Source of the DNA: an uncultured bacterium
GTDB taxonomy: Bacteria; Babelota; Babeliae; Babelales; Babelaceae
Direction of reading: 5' to 3'
Length of the DNA: 64,000 bases
Assembly: GCA_963717435.1 (NCBI GenBank)
Contig: OY970332.1
Span: forward strand, 480,001 to 544,000
Shown here: positions 9,532-19,013 of the stretch, piece by piece
How positions within the stretch are numbered: the stretch's first letter is position 1
Layout: each line of letters starts with the position of its first letter
Notes under the pieces: model-generated
Told to the model about the DNA's origin: nothing
What the model saw: the letters and a program-made list of their open reading frames with translations, nothing else
Database searches by the model: none
Made by a program: the position numbers and the translations under genes

Positions 9532-10614
9532 TTATTCTTGAAAATCTTCGCCATCAGAGTCGTCATATTCGCTAGACGAAATTTCATCTTTTTGACCTAA
9601 AGACTCCGATTTGATTAAATTTATAACAACGCCAGTCAATTGTGACGCAAGGGCTATATTTTGCCCCATTTTTCCAATTGCAACCGAACGCTGGTCTTCG
9701 TCAACCCAAACATCTGCCGATTTGGAATCGACCATCTCAACACGATTTATATGGGCCGGCTTAAGAGCATCTTTTATCATCTCTTCCTGAGAAGAAGTAT
9801 ATGCGATAATATCTATTTTTTCTCCGCCAATCTCTTTTAATATTGGCCTAATTCTGGCGCCACCAAATCCGACACATGTTCCCACAGGGTCAATATTTTT
9901 ATCGTTCGATGAAACTACAATCTTAGATTTATATCCAGCTATTCTTACGGCTTTTTTAATCTCTACAAGCTTTTCAAAAACCTCTGGTATTTCTAGCTCA
10001 AAAAGAGCTTTTAAGAATTCAACAGAAGATCTATCAAGAATCAGTTGGTTCTCATTTCTAGGCTCAACCAAGACTTCTTTAAGAAGGGCCCTAATAGGAT
10101 GCCCCACAACGCAAACATCCGTTGGAATGGAAAGCGATCTTGGCAAGAACGCCAAGTTGTCGCCAATCTTAACGGTTGTTCCACCACGCTCACACTTGTG
10201 GATAATTCCGTGGACAACAGTATCCTCTTTGGGTTTGAATTCTTCATAGATAGACGCAGACTCAATAGCGCGAATTTTTTGGGCAATAACCTGTTTTGCT
10301 TTTAATATCTCTATTCGCCCAATTGGCTCCGAAAATGGAACCAGGATTTCTTGGTCCAGTTCGGCTTTAGGGTTTATGGCCCTGGCTTTTCTTAAAGAGA
10401 TCTGCTTATCTTCATCTTCGGGATTTGAAACAACTGTTTTTTTGCTAAAAACTTCTATTTCATCGGTCTTTTTATTGTGGATCACACTAAATTCGACTTC
10501 GGGGTATTTTTTATTATAAGCAGAAAGCATACCTTCGCAGATTATGTTACTCAACACTGCACGATCCAGGCCACGCTCCTCTACAAGTTCTTCTATAACT
10601 AGTGACAGTCTCAC
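9532..10614 (-). CDS. nusA: Transcription termination factor NusA
   Basis: LFELEIPE, IDPVGTCVG, AIGKMGQN; directly upstream of infB. Confidence 0.97.
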   Translation of the reverse strand: MRLSLVIEELVEERGLDRAVLSNIICEGMLSAYNKKYPEVEFSVIHNKKTDEIEVFSKKTVVSNPEDEDKQISLRKARAINPKAELDQEILVPFSEPIGRIEILKAKQVIAQKIRAIESASIYEEFKPKEDTVVHGIIHKCERGGTTVKIGDNLAFLPRSLSIPTDVCVVGHPIRALLKEVLVEPRNENQLILDRSSVEFLKALFELEIPEVFEKLVEIKKAVRIAGYKSKIVVSSNDKNIDPVGTCVGFGGARIRPILKEIGGEKIDIIAYTSSQEEMIKDALKPAHINRVEMVDSKSADVWVDEDQRSVAIGKMGQNIALASQLTGVVINLIKSESLGQKDEISSSEYDDSDGEDFQE

Positions 10615-10775
10615 AATATCCCTTGAAAATTTTAAATTGATTTTTGAATTCGGATTTTATTTAAGATATGGGTTAGCGTATCACAAGTTTTGAAAAAAAT
10701 AAAGATTGTTACCCAAGTATTCTCTTTTTTATGGTTTTTTATTATGTGACTTATGTTTTCAGTTTGTAAAGCTGC

Positions 10776-11085
10776 TATTATTATTTATATATATATATTT
10801 ATATATACTAATAGTAGGTGACCCCTAAAAATGTGGATAACTCCCATTTTTTCTACAAAAAAGCCCGTAAATACAGCATTTTGTTCATTTTTAAAAATGT
10901 GGATAACTATGTGGATAACTTGTGGATAACTCAAATTGAGCATATCTAGAGCCCGTTTTGGAAGCATGTATATATTAATACGCTTATCTATTCAGCTTAT
11001 AGCGCAACTATAAATAAATTGCTTTTTGAGTTATCCACATAGTTTTTGAGTTATCCACATAGTTATCCACATAGTTATCCACATT
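10776..11085. other. oriC: Chromosomal replication origin (oriC)
   Basis: Eight perfect DnaA boxes: TGTGGATAA at 10832, 10898, 10910, 10921 and TTATCCACA at 11031, 11051, 11063, 11075. Minus strand also shows box - GGGGTCAC - CTACTATTAGTA (DnaA-trios) - (TA)n tract. Lies in a ~1 kb non-coding gap. Confidence 0.88.
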
Positions 11086-11658
11086 CGGAAAAATAAGTTT
11101 TTTTCAAATATGTAATTATTTTTTTAAATTAAAACCTGAGATAATTTTTGTATTATTTTTTTGTTTTAAATTCTATATGCGAAATTATTCTTGAAAGTCA
11201 ATTTTAAATTATTAATATTAAATTATTTTCACCTGTTTATTTCTGTTACAAAATTTAATTTACATTCAGAAATACTTGCCTGCTCTTGTTGCTTTTTGAG
11301 TTTTTTAGGAAAATATTCGCGTATAATTTGTGTTACAAGTTAATATCTTTTTGTTGCACAAATTGTTTTTTGTGACGCTTAAATTTAGAGAATAATAGCT
11401 TTTTTATAAACTTGTTGCATTTTTGTATTTATAAAAAATATCTGCATAAGTACAAGTTTTTTTGTTGCGTTAATATTTTTTGGGTAGTTTGTTTCTGCGA
11501 TAAAATATATAACTTTTTAGTTGTTTTTGTTTTGACCAACTTTGCTACATTTAAAACTATTTTTACTTTTTGCAACAGCTGTTTTTTGGGATATTTTTGT
11601 ATAAAAAGTGTTGCACGGTTTGTTGCGTGTTGCATTTTTCGGCCAAAAATCTATTTTT

Positions 11659-13068
11659 TCAGTTCACGCTGGGCAGCGACAAATATTTTATTAGCATCTT
11701 GTGCCAGCTGTTCTTTGAGCCAAAATCTGTTTGAGCAAATGAACTGTGAACATTGTATTCCGGGAAATAGATAGAAATTCCCGATGCGCTTTTAAGATTT
11801 TGTCCTACGGAGTTATGTAAAACAACTTCTCTGATTTTTTGGCAACAATCAGATAGTTCTTTTAAGAGCTCTTGTTTATAACTTTCTGTTTCTGCAGGAT
11901 TACTAAGTTCAATTTTGTTGATATTAGAGATAACATTTTTTAAAAAATGATTAAGATCTATATAAGTTGGTTCTTCAAAATGTGTGCAGTTGTCTTTGCT
12001 TTTTGATATTTTGAGAACTCTTTTTACAGAGAAGTTTTTCTGTTTATTTAATCCGTCCACTAGAATATTTGAGATTCTATTAATATTTTGTTCTAGTTGA
12101 TCGAAATTTTCTAATTTTATAACAGACTGGGTATAATCCTGAATTATTGCGCTGTAAACTTGCGTATAACTAGTAACAATATGCCGTATAAAATCTTCTG
12201 TTTGCATAGGCGAGTTAACAAGCGGAGAAAGCATCTTAAAATAATCGTACCCTGACCCGAGAACCACTTCTTGAGAAGCAACCATATATTTGGCCGCACC
12301 CTTTCCATCATTTGCCTGTTTTATTGAAGTTGCGACTCCCACCATTGACATAAGACAAGCATCAAAAATTATGGTTTCAAACTGTTCTCCCATTAGGCAT
12401 TCTTTGCATACTGTGTCCAAAACTTGCCCCAGGCTCTTGTTGGTTATATATGTTGATGATGAGTCATCAAAGCAGCTTCCTCGTTCTTCTGTTTGTTCAT
12501 TAACGGCTCTTACAAAATCCAGAAATCCTATACTGCGATCAAGTTCTATTTTGCGAGTTTGCGGATTAAAATTAAATAATTCTGATGCGTTTACCGCCCT
12601 TCTTAATTGAGGTTCAACGTCACCTGTGCCGTGGTTCCAAATCAAAAGATGATATCTTTTAGCCTTAAACTGCGTAGTTGCCATCCTGCAGAAATCTAAT
12701 AGTGTATTCGGGTCGCCGCTACTCATATTCAAATCTGGCCCAATTTTTACAAGTGTATTATTTTGCACATAAAATCTTTGAGTTATTTTCTTTTGGGCCA
12801 ATCTTTTAATATCAAGATGTATTACGATTTTTAAATTTTTTGAATTCGTTGCTACTTTCATTATTTGACTCAGATTTCTATCTGCAAATACTGCAAGATC
12901 GTTAACGGCAGCGATATAAATTGCGAGCAAATGTTCTGAGACTTCGTCGTTTTTGTTAATTTTTTGTTTTCTAGTCGCATCACTAGGCTGTATTTCTATT
13001 TCTTGCATATCTGCGTTTATATTTGATACACAAGCAAGAGCAAAAATATTTAAAATAAGTTTTTTCAT
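11659..13068 (-). CDS. Secreted clostripain-family (C11) cysteine peptidase
   Basis: Signal peptide; LLIWNHGTG (catalytic His), FDACLM (catalytic Cys), VASQE, GISIYFP. Confidence 0.9.
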   Translation of the reverse strand: MKKLILNIFALACVSNINADMQEIEIQPSDATRKQKINKNDEVSEHLLAIYIAAVNDLAVFADRNLSQIMKVATNSKNLKIVIHLDIKRLAQKKITQRFYVQNNTLVKIGPDLNMSSGDPNTLLDFCRMATTQFKAKRYHLLIWNHGTGDVEPQLRRAVNASELFNFNPQTRKIELDRSIGFLDFVRAVNEQTEERGSCFDDSSSTYITNKSLGQVLDTVCKECLMGEQFETIIFDACLMSMVGVATSIKQANDGKGAAKYMVASQEVVLGSGYDYFKMLSPLVNSPMQTEDFIRHIVTSYTQVYSAIIQDYTQSVIKLENFDQLEQNINRISNILVDGLNKQKNFSVKRVLKISKSKDNCTHFEEPTYIDLNHFLKNVISNINKIELSNPAETESYKQELLKELSDCCQKIREVVLHNSVGQNLKSASGISIYFPEYNVHSSFAQTDFGSKNSWHKMLIKYLSLPSVN

Positions 13069-13180
13069 CTTGGTCCCCTAAATTTTCTAAAGAATTAGAA
13101 TCTCATAAGATCTAATAGAATCTTATGATAATATGTTCCCAATTATCAATAATTTAAAAATAATTTGAGAATCTAAATAA

Positions 13181-14386
13181 TTAAACTTTTAATATATTAT
13201 AGAGGGCCAAAGCAAAAGTGATTCCAAAGCTTAGCTGGAAATCGAGAAAAAATAGCTGGCTGGGGTTATGCAAAAGGACCATAAAGCAAGTAAGAGATAC
13301 TATATTTATGGCCTGGACTGGCAAATACAAAAAATTGCATAAATTATAAATAAAAAACATAATAAGCGATCTTAAAAAGCCGATAGTTGACCAGCTTAAT
13401 ACTGCATATATTGTTATCAGAATTATAGATAATATTTTTTTGGCAGAATAACTTATCGGCATAAATGCAGTTAATATCTGCAATATTAGTATCACCATTA
13501 ATAAATGCAGACCCGCGCGGGCAATATAGTGCGACAGTCCCCAATAACTAAAATCTTTTTTAACCTGCGTAAATATGTCTTCAGAAATATTTTTATATCC
13601 AAAAAATACCAGTGAAAAATAGGCGAAGCTTTTTGGGGAAAGCTTATTCTCTATTTTCTTTATTAACTTATTTTTAAAAACTGTGATTTTGTCGTACCAG
13701 CTTAAATTTTTCTGTTTTTCGGGAAAATTTGTTTCGGTGATTTCAGTTAATTTAGTTATTTTGGATTCTAAATTCAGAATAAACAAATTGGACAAAATCT
13801 CTTCTTTTATCAGATATCTTTTGAACTCTTTATTGTCAGACTTCTTAAGCTCTATATCTTTTAATTTTATTTTGTCCCCGATTTTTAAATTAGGGTCAGT
13901 TTTTGTATAAATATAAATTATTTTGTTTTTGTAAGCGTCAAAATTTTTGGTATCAGTTTTAATATAACCCGCTTGCGCGATATTTTCTGACAGATCCTGA
14001 ATTTCCAAACTTAACTTATAGGGCATGTTTTTTTGTTTAAACTTAGTAACATCAAGCACTTTTGCATATAACTCCAGCTTCTTATACGCAAGAATATTTA
14101 TCTTGTTATCGTAATCTGACACAACATGCTGATTTCTTACCGATCCGGCAAAAAAGCATATTAAACTTATCCCAATTAAATTATAAAACTCAGATTTTTT
14201 TTCTAAAATATATCTTAACCAAACAAGAATTATTCCCGACACAAACAAGCCAATTAAAATTAAATTTGTACTTGAAAATCCATAATCGTTAAAATAAATT
14301 CCAAGAATCAAAAAAAACGTATAAATAACTACGTTTGGGATTTTAGAATCGAAAAAATTTTGTGCAGATTTTGTTTCTTGCGGCAC
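13181..14386 (-). CDS. comEC: ComEC/Rec2 family membrane protein (no metallo-beta-lactamase domain)
   Basis: N-terminal TM segments and OB-like region; GLSHYIARAGLHL, FLRSLIM, NPSQLFFLDFQLSF. Confidence 0.8.
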   Translation of the reverse strand: MPQETKSAQNFFDSKIPNVVIYTFFLILGIYFNDYGFSSTNLILIGLFVSGIILVWLRYILEKKSEFYNLIGISLICFFAGSVRNQHVVSDYDNKINILAYKKLELYAKVLDVTKFKQKNMPYKLSLEIQDLSENIAQAGYIKTDTKNFDAYKNKIIYIYTKTDPNLKIGDKIKLKDIELKKSDNKEFKRYLIKEEILSNLFILNLESKITKLTEITETNFPEKQKNLSWYDKITVFKNKLIKKIENKLSPKSFAYFSLVFFGYKNISEDIFTQVKKDFSYWGLSHYIARAGLHLLMVILILQILTAFMPISYSAKKILSIILITIYAVLSWSTIGFLRSLIMFFIYNLCNFLYLPVQAINIVSLTCFMVLLHNPSQLFFLDFQLSFGITFALALYNILKV

Positions 14387-14412
14387 TTATGTGTTTTCTC
14401 GGTAACTTATTT

Positions 14413-16656
14413 TTAGACTTCTTTAATTTCTGAGAATCCTGGGCTTGATAAATCAAATTTAAGATCTGCAGCCATTTTTTCAACTGATTTGGCGTGCTCT
14501 TCAAGACCCAAAGATACAATAAGATCGATAAATTCCATAGGCATCATCCCAATTTCAGTTGCCTGATGAAAAATACATGTCGCAGGCGTCATGCCCGGAA
14601 GAGTATTTATCTCGATTATAACCAATCTTTGCTTGCCAGTCTTGCTAAGTGTTTCGTTTTGATAAAAACAGTCGATTCTTGAATAACCCTTACAACCAAC
14701 GGTCATATAAACTTGTTCTATTATGTTCTGAACAAATTTTATTCTTTCAGGCTCAAGATTTGCAGGTGTTTGGTTTTCACCGGCACCGGGCAAGAATTTT
14801 TCTTCTATCGATAATATATCTCCTGCTGTGATCGTCTGACTCGGTGGCATAGCTGTAGCGCTATTATTTCCCGTAACGCCAACAGTTAACTCCATACCGA
14901 CAATACATTCTTCAACAAGTGCAAAATTTTTATTGCTTGAGAATATATTATTTATGCAAGTCTCTAAATCTTTTTTGTTTTTTGCTTTTTGCACCATCAC
15001 GCTGCAACCGTCATCATGCGGCTTTATTATCATCGGAAAGCCAATATTTTTTTCTATTAAATTTAAAGTTTGTTCTCTATTAAGCTCAAAATCAGTTTTT
15101 TCGACTAAAATTCCAGCTGGTACATCAAAGCCCTTAGATCGCAAAAAATTATTTGTTTTAAATTTATCCATGCATAGTGCACTTGCAAGAACGCTAGAGC
15201 CATTATACGGTAAATCTAGCATCTCCAGAGCGCCCTGAACAGAACCATTTTCGCCCTCGCCGCCGTGCAGCGCAATAAAAACAAAGTCCGAAAGTTTCTT
15301 AAGATCCGACCAGCCAATTTTCATTTCTGGTTTTAATCCCAAAGTAATCTCGCTTGTTGAATTTCTTACAAGCAATTTCTGGTCGATTATATAAAGATCC
15401 AAATTTGCATCGACAAATACAGGCATAGCAACATATTTTTCTGGAGATAGCTTATAAATTATATTTCTACCAGATTCTAGCGAGATCTCTTTTTCGTTCG
15501 ATCTTCCGCCAAGTAGTACTGCAACACGAAGTTTATTTTCCATATTATTATTTTTTTCAAACTCTAATTCAAAATCTAAATTTTTGTTTTTTAGCACAAG
15601 CTCTGATTTAATTAAGTGGTTAATAACTGCTGTATGTGACATATCAATTTCAGCAGCCTGTCTAAATAATATACTCGATGGTGCCATTCCCGAAAGTGTA
15701 TTTGGGTCCGTTATAATAACTCGATTATCTTTTGTCAAAAAACCATCTATGCGGGCTAAAGTTGTCATCCCAAGAGATTTCATAGTTTTTATACAAGTTT
15801 TTTGTATCAAATCTATTTCTTTTTCTGAGCATCGTGCTGGCGTAAATTTTTTGGATTTACCGGGCATATATTTTTGCTCGTAATCCCAAAAGCCATTAGC
15901 GCTTTCCGGAACTATCTCTGTTGGTGGTAATATTATAGGCTCGCCCGTTTTATAATCAATTAAGATTAGGCAAGAAAACTCCATTCCCTCGATTTTTTCT
16001 TCAACCAAAACATCTTGTGTTTTTTGTGGGTCTATATTTTTTGCTTTAATTATGGCTTTAAATAATTCTTCTTTATTATTAACAATGCTAACGCCCAGAC
16101 TTGAGCCTTCATGTTGGGGTTTTACAACAAGTGGGAAATCTAGCCCCGCTGATTTTATCTTTTCCAGAATCTTTTCTTTATCTACAGAATTAGTATTTTT
16201 AATATCTGATGCTTTAATTACAATATCTTTTGCTGTATTTATGCCATCTTGCTTTAAAATACTTTTTTGAAAAATCTTATCCATTCCAAATGCGCTTGCA
16301 GCTACTTTTGAGCCTAAATACGGGATGCGCAAAACTTCAAGCATGCCCTGAAGTGTGCCATCTTCAGCAAATCTGCCATGGGTTGCAATATAAACAAAAT
16401 CTATAAGATTTTTTAAATCATCCCAGCTTATTTTTTCTGCTTCTTTTTCTAATCGATCTTCAAAATCTGATATTTTTCCACGATATAAAAACTTGTTGGG
16501 CAAAATATATAGATCGCCATTTGATCTTTGAAATATTGGCACAATACTATAAATTTGTGTGTCCAAATGGTTGCAGACAGTTCTGCCCGAATTAAAAGAG
16601 ACTTCTCTTTCAATCGATCTTCCCCCCATCAAGACGCCGACTTTGATTTTTGTCAT
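14413..16656 (-). CDS. ddl: Tandem two-domain D-alanine--D-alanine ligase
   Basis: Two full ATP-grasp repeats: GGRSIEREVS/HGRFAEDG/EGSSLG/DPNTLSG and GGRSNEKEIS/HGGEGENG/DGCSV/EINTLPG; start placed at MTKIKVGV. Confidence 0.9.
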   Translation of the reverse strand: MTKIKVGVLMGGRSIEREVSFNSGRTVCNHLDTQIYSIVPIFQRSNGDLYILPNKFLYRGKISDFEDRLEKEAEKISWDDLKNLIDFVYIATHGRFAEDGTLQGMLEVLRIPYLGSKVAASAFGMDKIFQKSILKQDGINTAKDIVIKASDIKNTNSVDKEKILEKIKSAGLDFPLVVKPQHEGSSLGVSIVNNKEELFKAIIKAKNIDPQKTQDVLVEEKIEGMEFSCLILIDYKTGEPIILPPTEIVPESANGFWDYEQKYMPGKSKKFTPARCSEKEIDLIQKTCIKTMKSLGMTTLARIDGFLTKDNRVIITDPNTLSGMAPSSILFRQAAEIDMSHTAVINHLIKSELVLKNKNLDFELEFEKNNNMENKLRVAVLLGGRSNEKEISLESGRNIIYKLSPEKYVAMPVFVDANLDLYIIDQKLLVRNSTSEITLGLKPEMKIGWSDLKKLSDFVFIALHGGEGENGSVQGALEMLDLPYNGSSVLASALCMDKFKTNNFLRSKGFDVPAGILVEKTDFELNREQTLNLIEKNIGFPMIIKPHDDGCSVMVQKAKNKKDLETCINNIFSSNKNFALVEECIVGMELTVGVTGNNSATAMPPSQTITAGDILSIEEKFLPGAGENQTPANLEPERIKFVQNIIEQVYMTVGCKGYSRIDCFYQNETLSKTGKQRLVIIEINTLPGMTPATCIFHQATEIGMMPMEFIDLIVSLGLEEHAKSVEKMAADLKFDLSSPGFSEIKEV

Positions 16657-16800
16657 TTTTACCCCAAAAAATTTATGTCCCCAGAAAAGAATATAATTTA
16701 TTTTTTGTTTATTTTTTATTCTATATTTTATTATCATAATTTTAGATAAAATTACTATTTAAATCTAGAAAATATAAAATTTTAATCAGAAAGTTTATTT

Positions 16801-17373
16801 ATGTCAGATCTAGTAAAAACAGCAAAAAACGACAAAAAATCAAATTTGGTATGGGTGGATCTGGAAATGACGGGCTTAAATCCCCTAAAAGACAAAATTT
16901 TAGAAATCGCAGTAATAATAACTGACGGAGAGCTTAATATTATCGCAGAAGGCCCGCAGATTATAATTTCTCAGAAATTTGATCAAGCTCTTCTAGATCC
17001 AAAAGTTATTAAAATTCATACAGATAATGGCCTATTTAAAGCAGTAGAAGAATCTAAAATTTCACTTGAAAGTGCCGAACAAACTGTTTTAGATTTTGTT
17101 AAGCAATATTGCGACGCCGGCACCGCGCCGCTTTGTGGAAACTCAATTTATAACGACCGTTTTTTTATTAAACTTTATATGCAAGAATTAGATAAATTTT
17201 TGCACTATAGAAACTTAGATGTCTCTAGTATCAAAGAAGTTGTTAAGCACTGGTACCCAAATAACCCCAAAATAAAATTTTTTAAACCCGAGTCCCACAG
17301 AGCATTAGAAGACATAAAACTTTCTATCGAAGAACTAAAGCACTATAGAATGAACTTTTTTATCTCCCAGTAA
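16801..17373 (+). CDS. orn: Oligoribonuclease
   Basis: VWVDLEMTGL, PLCGNS, HYRNLDVSS, HRALEDI. Confidence 0.97.
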   Translation: MSDLVKTAKNDKKSNLVWVDLEMTGLNPLKDKILEIAVIITDGELNIIAEGPQIIISQKFDQALLDPKVIKIHTDNGLFKAVEESKISLESAEQTVLDFVKQYCDAGTAPLCGNSIYNDRFFIKLYMQELDKFLHYRNLDVSSIKEVVKHWYPNNPKIKFFKPESHRALEDIKLSIEELKHYRMNFFISQ

Positions 17374-17412
17374 AAAGCGACATAAACTTTAATCACTATT
17401 TTCTGAAATTTT

Positions 17413-17445
17413 AAAAGCCCCAAATTTTCATCTGGGGCTTTTTTT
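17413..17445. terminator. Bidirectional intrinsic terminator
   Basis: AAAAGCCCCA...TGGGGCTTTTTTT between convergent genes. Confidence 0.75.
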
Positions 17446-17477
17446 ACTTAGCGAGTCTGTTTGCTTTCTTTATCAAG

Positions 17478-18857
17478 TTAGAACACAGGTCCCTGCTTTG
17501 CACCAGTCCCGTTTGAGTAATACTTATTTTTCAGAGCAAGAGTTAATGGGCTTTGGGTCAAGCTTGTATTGGCGTTATACCTAGCTAGTGCAAAGTCATA
17601 ATTAAAGAAAGGGAAACTGCCACTTTCAACGTATCCAGCGGCGACAATTTGTCCATTAGATTGTATTGATATTGAATTTATTTGGCTGCTTGTAAACCCA
17701 CTAATTGCTGTTGTCACAATGCCGTCTGTTCCAAAACTTGTGTCCAAGCTGCCATTGGTATTGTATCTTGTTAGGGCCAATTCTCCGCTAGATCCGCCAG
17801 CAGCAATGATTTGTCCATCAGATTGCATAGCTATTGAAAATATTCCGCTACTTGTACTGCCATTAATTGACGTAATGACAATGCCATTGGTGTCAAAACT
17901 GCTATCTAATGTGCCATTGCTATTGTATCTTGCCAATACAAATTCAGAAGCCCCGTTTATTATTGTACTTCCACCAGCAACAATTTGCCCATTGGATTGT
18001 ATGAGTACTGAATTTATTTGGTTATTTGTGCTGCCACTAATTGAAGTGGTTACAACACCATTTGTTCCAAAACTCGTGTCCAAAGCTCCATTGGGGTTAT
18101 ATCTGGCCAAAGCGAATTCATTTATGCCACTTACTATTTGGGTTGCATATCCACCAGCAACGATTTGCCCATTAGATTGCATTGTGATCGAATTTATTTG
18201 GCTAAAATTACTTCCACTAATTGAAGTGGTTACAACACCATTTGTTCCAAAGCTCGTATCCAAGGTTCCATTGGTATTGTACCTTGCCAGTGCAAATTCA
18301 TTTGCGCCTATAATCGCAAATCCAGCGGCAACAATTTGTCCATTAGGTTGTATGGCTATTGAATTTATATTGCTTTGTATACTGCCACTGATTAATGTAA
18401 TGACAATTCCATTTGTTCCAAAGCTCGTATCTAAAGTTCCATTAGTGTTGTATCTTACCAATGCAAATTGTTCGCTTATATATCCACCGGCAACAATTTG
18501 TCCATTGGATTGTATCGCTATCGAGGTTAGTTCGTTTGTACCGGCACCCGGCTGAAAAGTTGCAATGCCATTGGTACCGAAATTTGTGTCGAGAGTTCCA
18601 TTAGTGTTGTATCTAGCTAGTGCAAAGTTTGCTGGAGAACCAAGGTTGACTGCAAATCCTCCGACAACAATTTGACCATTAGATTGCATTGCTATTGAAT
18701 TTATTTGGCTAACCCCAAAACCGGTTGCTGTGACTACAGTTCCTGGAGGAGTTCCTGTTTGATTAAAAGAAGTGTCGAGCGTGCCCTGCATTGAAAATAA
18801 TTGGGGCGCAGAACTCAGTAAAATTAGTGCAAAAAGTTTTGTGTTTGTAATCTTCAT
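17478..18857 (-). CDS. Secreted delta-60 repeat (beta-propeller) protein, paralogue 1
   Basis: About seven repeats of SIAIQSNGQIVAGG...FALARYNTNGTLDTSFGTNG; signal peptide from ATG 18857. Confidence 0.88.
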   Translation of the reverse strand: MKITNTKLFALILLSSAPQLFSMQGTLDTSFNQTGTPPGTVVTATGFGVSQINSIAMQSNGQIVVGGFAVNLGSPANFALARYNTNGTLDTNFGTNGIATFQPGAGTNELTSIAIQSNGQIVAGGYISEQFALVRYNTNGTLDTSFGTNGIVITLISGSIQSNINSIAIQPNGQIVAAGFAIIGANEFALARYNTNGTLDTSFGTNGVVTTSISGSNFSQINSITMQSNGQIVAGGYATQIVSGINEFALARYNPNGALDTSFGTNGVVTTSISGSTNNQINSVLIQSNGQIVAGGSTIINGASEFVLARYNSNGTLDSSFDTNGIVITSINGSTSSGIFSIAMQSDGQIIAAGGSSGELALTRYNTNGSLDTSFGTDGIVTTAISGFTSSQINSISIQSNGQIVAAGYVESGSFPFFNYDFALARYNANTSLTQSPLTLALKNKYYSNGTGAKQGPVF

Positions 18858-18958
18858 AAGAAATACCCTCTTTCTTTTTTTGATTCTTTTTTGATACAGA
18901 CTTTTGCAACATAACATTACTTTATAATTTTTTAAAACAAAAAATATTTTAAAAAATT

Positions 18959-18990
18959 ACGGGCCCCAAGAACTTAATCTTGGGGCCCGT
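18959..18990 (-). terminator. Strong hairpin between the two delta-60 genes
   Basis: ACGGGCCCCAAGA-acttaa-TCTTGGGGCCCGT perfect stem; T-run follows on the minus strand. Confidence 0.7.
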
Positions 18991-19013
18991 CTTGATTGCT
19001 CGTTGTCAAAATC

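Noticed and set aside
10785-10967. 60-aa ORF with repeated VIHI
   Set aside because: It is the translation of the DnaA-box array.
11412-11774. ORFs 11412..11774 (+) and 11429..11635 (-)
   Set aside because: Low-complexity T-rich DNA flanking oriC; no recognisable motifs or ribosome-binding site.
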